Shown: piece after piece, positions 59,645-64,000 of the stretch
Layout of the letters: every line of letters starts with the position of its first letter
Numbering within the stretch: the first letter of the stretch is position 1
Source of the DNA: Candidatus Deferrimicrobiaceae bacterium
GTDB lineage: Bacteria > Desulfobacterota > Deferrimicrobia > Deferrimicrobiales > Deferrimicrobiaceae
Direction of reading: 5' to 3'
Assembly: GCA_963792415.1 (NCBI GenBank)
Contig: CAWBVY010000007.1
Coordinates: 32,001 to 96,000, forward strand
Length of the DNA stretch: 64,000 nucleotides
Made by a program: the position numbers and the translations under genes
Notes under the pieces: generated by a model
The model's input: the letters and a program-made list of their open reading frames with translations, nothing else
What the model was told of the DNA's origin: nothing
The model's database searches: none

Positions 59645-61621
59645 ATGCCCAACGGATCCATTTATCAGCGCATCAAGAGGGTCCTGCTGGGCGCTCCGCG
59701 CGACCTGTTCGACCCGAAGATCTTCCACAACATCTCCCTGATCGCCTTCTTCGCCTGGGTGGGGCTGGGCGCCGACGGGATCTCCTCCTCCTCGTACGGC
59801 CCGGAGGAGGCGTACCTCGCCCTGGGGAGCCACTCGGTGCTGGCGATCTTCGTCGCCGTGATGACGGTGGGGACGATCTTCATCATTTCCGGGAGCTACG
59901 CGCAGATCATCGAGGCGTTCCCGTCGGGCGGCGGCGGGTACATCGTGGCGTCGAAGCTGCTGGGCGAGAAGGCGGGCGTGGTCTCCGGCTCCGCGCTGGT
60001 CATCGACTACGTCCTGACGATCACCATCTCCATCGCGGCCGGCGCGGACGCCATCTTCAGCTTCCTGCCGCTCCATCTGATGCCGTACAAGATATGGTTC
60101 ACCTCCTTCGTCATCCTGCTGCTGATCTGGCTCAACCTGCGGGGGGTCAAGGAGTCGGTGATGGTGCTCACCCCGATCTTCCTCGCCTTTCTGCTGACCC
60201 ACGTCCCGCTGATCCTGTACGCGGTCCTTCGCCACCTTCCGGAACTGCCGTCCGTGGGCGCGCGGGTCTCCGCCGACCTCGGCTCCGCCTCCCGGGAAAT
60301 CGGATGGCTGGGCGTCGGAGCGCTGCTGCTGCGCGCCTACTCGATGGGGGCGGGCACGTATACCGGGATCGAGGCGGTCTCCAACTCGATGCAGACGCTG
60401 CGTGAGCCGCGCGTGCACACGGGCAAGAAGGCGATGGCCTACATGGCCCTGTCCCTGTCGTTCCTGGCCGGAGGGATCATCCTCGGGTACGTTCTGAACG
60501 ACGTGGTCCCGGTCCGCGGCAAGACGCTCAACGCCGTCCTTTTCAGCGGCCTGATGCACAATCTCTGGAACTCTGGGACGGCGAAGTACCTGGTCGCCAT
60601 CGTCCTGTTCACCGAGGCGGCCCTGCTCTTCGTGGCGGCGCAGACCGGCTTCCTCGGCGGGCCGCAGGTCCTCTCCAACATGGCCAACGACTCCTACATG
60701 CCCCACCGGTTCGCAAACCTCTCCGAGCGGCTGGTGACCAAGTACGGCGTCTACTTCATGGGCGGGATGGCGTTCCTGATGCTCTTCATCACGGGCGGCT
60801 CCGTCCGGTACCTCGTCATCATGTACTCGATCAACGTGTTCCTGACCTTCACCCTGTCGCAGTTCGGCATGGTGCTGCACTGGTGGAAGGACCGGGTGTC
60901 CGGGAAGAAGTGGAGGTTCGGTCTGGCGATGAACGGTGTCGGCTGCACCCTCACCGCCTCGATCCTGTGCGGCACCGTGTACATGAAGTTTCCGGAGGGA
61001 GGCTGGATCACCCTGCTGATCACGGGGTCCTTCATCGCGATGAGCTTCCTCGTCCGACGCCATTATCAACAGTCGCAGGAGAACATGCGGCGGCTGGACG
61101 AGCTGCTCCTCGCTCTTCCATCCGTCTCCGGTCGTTCCGCGGAAATGCCGCCGGCGCAGCCGCAGGCGCCCACCGCGGTCATCATGGTGTCGGGGTACAA
61201 CGGGTTGGGGATGCACGTCTTCTTCTCGATCATCCGCTCCTTCCCCGGGATGTTCCGGAACTTCATCTTCATCTCCGCGGGCGTCGTGGACACCAGCCGG
61301 TTCAAGGGGGTGGCGGAGATCGAGAACCTCTCGGAGGATCTGCGGGGCCAGCTGGAGAACTACGTCGAGTTCGTGAAGAACCACGGCTACTATGCGGAGG
61401 CCCGCCACCTGGTGGGCACCGACGTGATCGAGATCGTCGCCCGCCTCACCGAGGAGACGGCGAAGGACTTCAGCAACATCAGCGTCTTCGCGGGGAAGCT
61501 GGTGTTCAAGGAGGAAAATCTGCTCACCCGCCTGCTGCACAACCATACCGCGTTCCTGGCCCAGAAACGGCTGGTGTTCGCGGGTCATCCGATGATCATC
61601 CTCCCCGTGCGGGTGTTGTAG
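59645..61621 (+). CDS. APC-superfamily permease, KimA/YdaO-like putative K+/H+ symporter
   Basis: ADGISSSSYGPEE, PSGGGGY, IDYVLT, TGIEAVSN, YSINVF..F.LSQ, C-terminal cytoplasmic domain ending LLHNHTA. Confidence 0.85.
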   Translation: MPNGSIYQRIKRVLLGAPRDLFDPKIFHNISLIAFFAWVGLGADGISSSSYGPEEAYLALGSHSVLAIFVAVMTVGTIFIISGSYAQIIEAFPSGGGGYIVASKLLGEKAGVVSGSALVIDYVLTITISIAAGADAIFSFLPLHLMPYKIWFTSFVILLLIWLNLRGVKESVMVLTPIFLAFLLTHVPLILYAVLRHLPELPSVGARVSADLGSASREIGWLGVGALLLRAYSMGAGTYTGIEAVSNSMQTLREPRVHTGKKAMAYMALSLSFLAGGIILGYVLNDVVPVRGKTLNAVLFSGLMHNLWNSGTAKYLVAIVLFTEAALLFVAAQTGFLGGPQVLSNMANDSYMPHRFANLSERLVTKYGVYFMGGMAFLMLFITGGSVRYLVIMYSINVFLTFTLSQFGMVLHWWKDRVSGKKWRFGLAMNGVGCTLTASILCGTVYMKFPEGGWITLLITGSFIAMSFLVRRHYQQSQENMRRLDELLLALPSVSGRSAEMPPAQPQAPTAVIMVSGYNGLGMHVFFSIIRSFPGMFRNFIFISAGVVDTSRFKGVAEIENLSEDLRGQLENYVEFVKNHGYYAEARHLVGTDVIEIVARLTEETAKDFSNISVFAGKLVFKEENLLTRLLHNHTAFLAQKRLVFAGHPMIILPVRVL

Positions 61622-61655
61622 CCGCCCCCGGGAACCCGTTTTCCCCCCCCTGCGA

Positions 61656-61675
61656 CGGCGGGTGGTATAATCCGC
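61656..61675 (+). promoter_or_regulatory. Extended -10 promoter of permease 2
   Basis: CGGCGGGTGGTATAATCCGC, 19 of 20 identical to 59581-59600. Confidence 0.65.
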
Positions 61676-61721
61676 CGGTCAAGCGCCATCATTCCACACG
61701 GACGGCGGGATCATCGGAGAC

Positions 61722-63701
61722 ATGCCCCCGGGTTCCAGGTACCAGCGAGCGAAACGGTTCCTGCTGGGCGCTCCGCGCGACCTGTTCGACCCGAAGATCT
61801 TCCACAACATCTCCCTGATCGCCTTCTTCGCCTGGGTGGGGCTGGGCGCCGACGGGATCTCCTCCTCCTCGTACGGCCCGGAGGAGGCGTACCTCGCCCT
61901 GGGGAGCCACTCGGTGCTGGCGATCTTCGTCGCCGTGATGACGGTGGGGACGATCTTCATCATTTCCGGGAGCTACGCGCAGATCATCGAGGCGTTCCCG
62001 TCGGGCGGCGGCGGGTACATCGTCGCGTCGAAGCTCCTCGGCGAGAAGGCGGGCGTGGTGACCGGATCGGCGCTGGTCATCGATTACGCGCTGACGATCA
62101 CGGTGTCCATTGCCGCCGGCGCGGACGCCATCTCCAGCTTCCTTCCGCCCATCTGGCTCCCGTACAAGTTCGAGTTCATCGCCCTGGTCCTCGGATTCCT
62201 CGTCTGGATCAACCTGCGGGGGGCCAAGGAGTCGGTGATGGTGCTCACCCCGATCTTCCTCGCTTTCCTGCTGACCCACGTCCCGCTGATCCTGTACGCG
62301 GTCCTTCGCCACCTGCCCGAACTGCCGTCCGTGGGCGCGCGGGTCTCCGCCGACCTCGGCTCCGCCTCCCGGGAAATCGGATGGCTGGGGATCGGGGCGC
62401 TGCTGGTGCGGGCGTACTCGATGGGGGCGGGGACGTACACCGGGATGGAGGCGGTCTCCAACTCGATGCAGACGCTGCGGGAACCCCGCGTGCACACGGG
62501 CAAGCGGGCGATGCTGTACCTGTCGTGCACCCTCGGCTTCATGGCGGGCGGGATCCTCCTCGGGTACGTCCTGAACGACGTATCCCCCGTTCCGGGGAAG
62601 ACGCTGAACGCCGTCCTGTTCGGCGGCCTGGTGGGGTCCCTATGGGATGCGGGCACCGCGAAGTACCTGACCGCCTTCGTTCTCCTCACCGAGGCGGTCC
62701 TGCTGTTCGTGGCGGCGCAGACCGGCTTCCTCGGCGGGCCGCAGGTCCTCTCCAACATGGCGGTCGACTCCTACATGCCCCACCGGTTCGCCCACCTCTC
62801 CGAGCGGCTGGTGACCAAGTACGGCGTCTACTTCATGGGCGGGATGGCGTTTTTGATGCTCTTCATCACGGGGGGATCCGTCCGGCTTCTTGTCATCATC
62901 TACTCCATCAACGTGTTCCTGACCTTCAGCATGTCGCAGTTCGGCATGGTGGTGCACTGGTGGAGGGATCGAAAGTCCGTGGAGGGGTGGAAGCACGGGC
63001 TGGCGGTCAACGGGATCGGCTTCTGTCTCACTGCGTCGATCCTGTGCGTCATCGTGGTCATGAAGTTTCTCGAGGGCGGGTGGATCACCCTGCTGGTCAC
63101 CAGCACCTTCGTGGCGGCGAGCTTTTTCGTGCGCCGCCATTACCGGAAGGCCGCCTACCACCTGCGCCGCCTCGACGACCTGCTCCTGAACCTCCCCCCC
63201 CCGACGACGCCCACCGCCCAGGAGCCGATGGTAAGGCGCCAGGCGCCCACCGCGGTCATCATGGTGTCGGGGTACAACGGGTTGGGGATGCACGTGTTCT
63301 TCTCGATCATCCGCTCCTTTCCCGGGACGTTCCGGAACTTCGTCTTCCTGTCCGTGGGCGTGATCGACACCAGCCGGTTCAAGGGGGTGGCGGAGATCGA
63401 GAACCTCTCGAAAAACCTGCAGGGGCAGCTCGTGAACTACGTCGAGTTCGTGAAGGGGCACGGCTACTACGCGGAGGCGCGGCACCGCGTGGGCACGGAC
63501 GTGATCGAAGTGCTCGACGGGATGGCGACGGACGTGTCGGTCGATTTCCCCAACGCCGTCTTCTTCGCCGGGCAGATCGTCTTCCAGGAGGAGAACTTCT
63601 TCAACAGGCTGCTCCACAACCAGACGGCGTTCCTCGCGCAGAAAAAGCTCGTGTTTTCCGGGCACCCGATGATCGTGATCCCGATCCGCGTCCTCGAATG
63701 A
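61722..63701 (+). CDS. Second KimA/YdaO-like APC permease (tandem paralog)
   Basis: Same motifs (IDYALT, TGMEAVSN, LLHNQTA); collinear with 59645-61621. Confidence 0.85.
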   Translation: MPPGSRYQRAKRFLLGAPRDLFDPKIFHNISLIAFFAWVGLGADGISSSSYGPEEAYLALGSHSVLAIFVAVMTVGTIFIISGSYAQIIEAFPSGGGGYIVASKLLGEKAGVVTGSALVIDYALTITVSIAAGADAISSFLPPIWLPYKFEFIALVLGFLVWINLRGAKESVMVLTPIFLAFLLTHVPLILYAVLRHLPELPSVGARVSADLGSASREIGWLGIGALLVRAYSMGAGTYTGMEAVSNSMQTLREPRVHTGKRAMLYLSCTLGFMAGGILLGYVLNDVSPVPGKTLNAVLFGGLVGSLWDAGTAKYLTAFVLLTEAVLLFVAAQTGFLGGPQVLSNMAVDSYMPHRFAHLSERLVTKYGVYFMGGMAFLMLFITGGSVRLLVIIYSINVFLTFSMSQFGMVVHWWRDRKSVEGWKHGLAVNGIGFCLTASILCVIVVMKFLEGGWITLLVTSTFVAASFFVRRHYRKAAYHLRRLDDLLLNLPPPTTPTAQEPMVRRQAPTAVIMVSGYNGLGMHVFFSIIRSFPGTFRNFVFLSVGVIDTSRFKGVAEIENLSKNLQGQLVNYVEFVKGHGYYAEARHRVGTDVIEVLDGMATDVSVDFPNAVFFAGQIVFQEENFFNRLLHNQTAFLAQKKLVFSGHPMIVIPIRVLE

Positions 63702-63809
63702 ACGTGCGTGCCTCTTTCGTCGCGGGTTGACCGGAACCCGCCGGATCTGCAAGAATGAAAAGTTGGAGAACAACGTCCTTTCTCACGATCACACGCTAGG
63801 GGGTCCGGG

Positions 63810-64000
63810 ATGGCGATGATGCGCAAGGCAGGCTGGTTCGTGATGGTGGCCGTGATGATGGCCGGGTGGATGGGCGTTCTCGGCTCGATCCGGGGGGTCG
63901 CCGAGGCGGGCGTGATCGCCTCCAGCATCGGAGACGCGGGGAGCCGGGTCGAGGACATGGCCAAGGTCCAGGCGTTTCTCGAGAACAAGGTCGTCGTCCA
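63810..64000 (+). CDS. Exported PA2779-family-like protein (3'-truncated)
   Basis: MAMMRKAGWFVMVAVMM...AEAGVIASS...RVEDMAKVQAFLENKVVV: signal peptide then pattern recalled from the PA2779 family. Confidence 0.55.
   Translation, partial: MAMMRKAGWFVMVAVMMAGWMGVLGSIRGVAEAGVIASSIGDAGSRVEDMAKVQAFLENKVVV

Overview
High-GC bacterial chromosomal window of about 60 genes with no prophage, IS or CRISPR. Gene content (futalosine menaquinone genes, heptose LPS core, DksA, HrcA, DUF2155 and PA2779-like proteins) suggests a Gram-negative deltaproteobacterium-like lineage; this is inference only. Order: hrcA-grpE-dnaJ (no dnaK), LpoA-like protein, DinG/YoaA helicase, galU, hsp20, lon, two CNNM/CBS proteins, larB-larC, radA, MaoC, tag; rlmE divergent from a polyprenyl synthase; cobalamin riboswitch with btuFCD-btuB; dksA-galT-glgA-GAF kinase-mqnE-mqnC-serS; DUF2231, ferritin-like protein, greA, manC, DUF502; leucine attenuator and leuA; a minus-strand operon of small CPHC lipoprotein-cbiQ-cbiO-larA-cupin; suhB and a DUF2155 lipoprotein; three tRNA-Ser genes; a 14-kb LPS core/glycan locus; two tandem KimA-like permeases. 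The most unusual signals are: (1) a 113-nt structured element of two oppositely oriented palindromic units placed directly after the CCA of each of three different tRNA-Ser genes; (2) a Ni/Co ECF module lacking CbiM/NikM but led by a 53-aa CPHC lipoprotein next to larA; (3) a G10 tract that puts the SD-linked ATG of btuB one base out of frame; (4) repeated leaderless-gene architecture; (5) an apparent ATC start codon; (6) patchwork identity between the KimA-like paralogs. All calls come from reading the sequence and motif recall; no searches were run.
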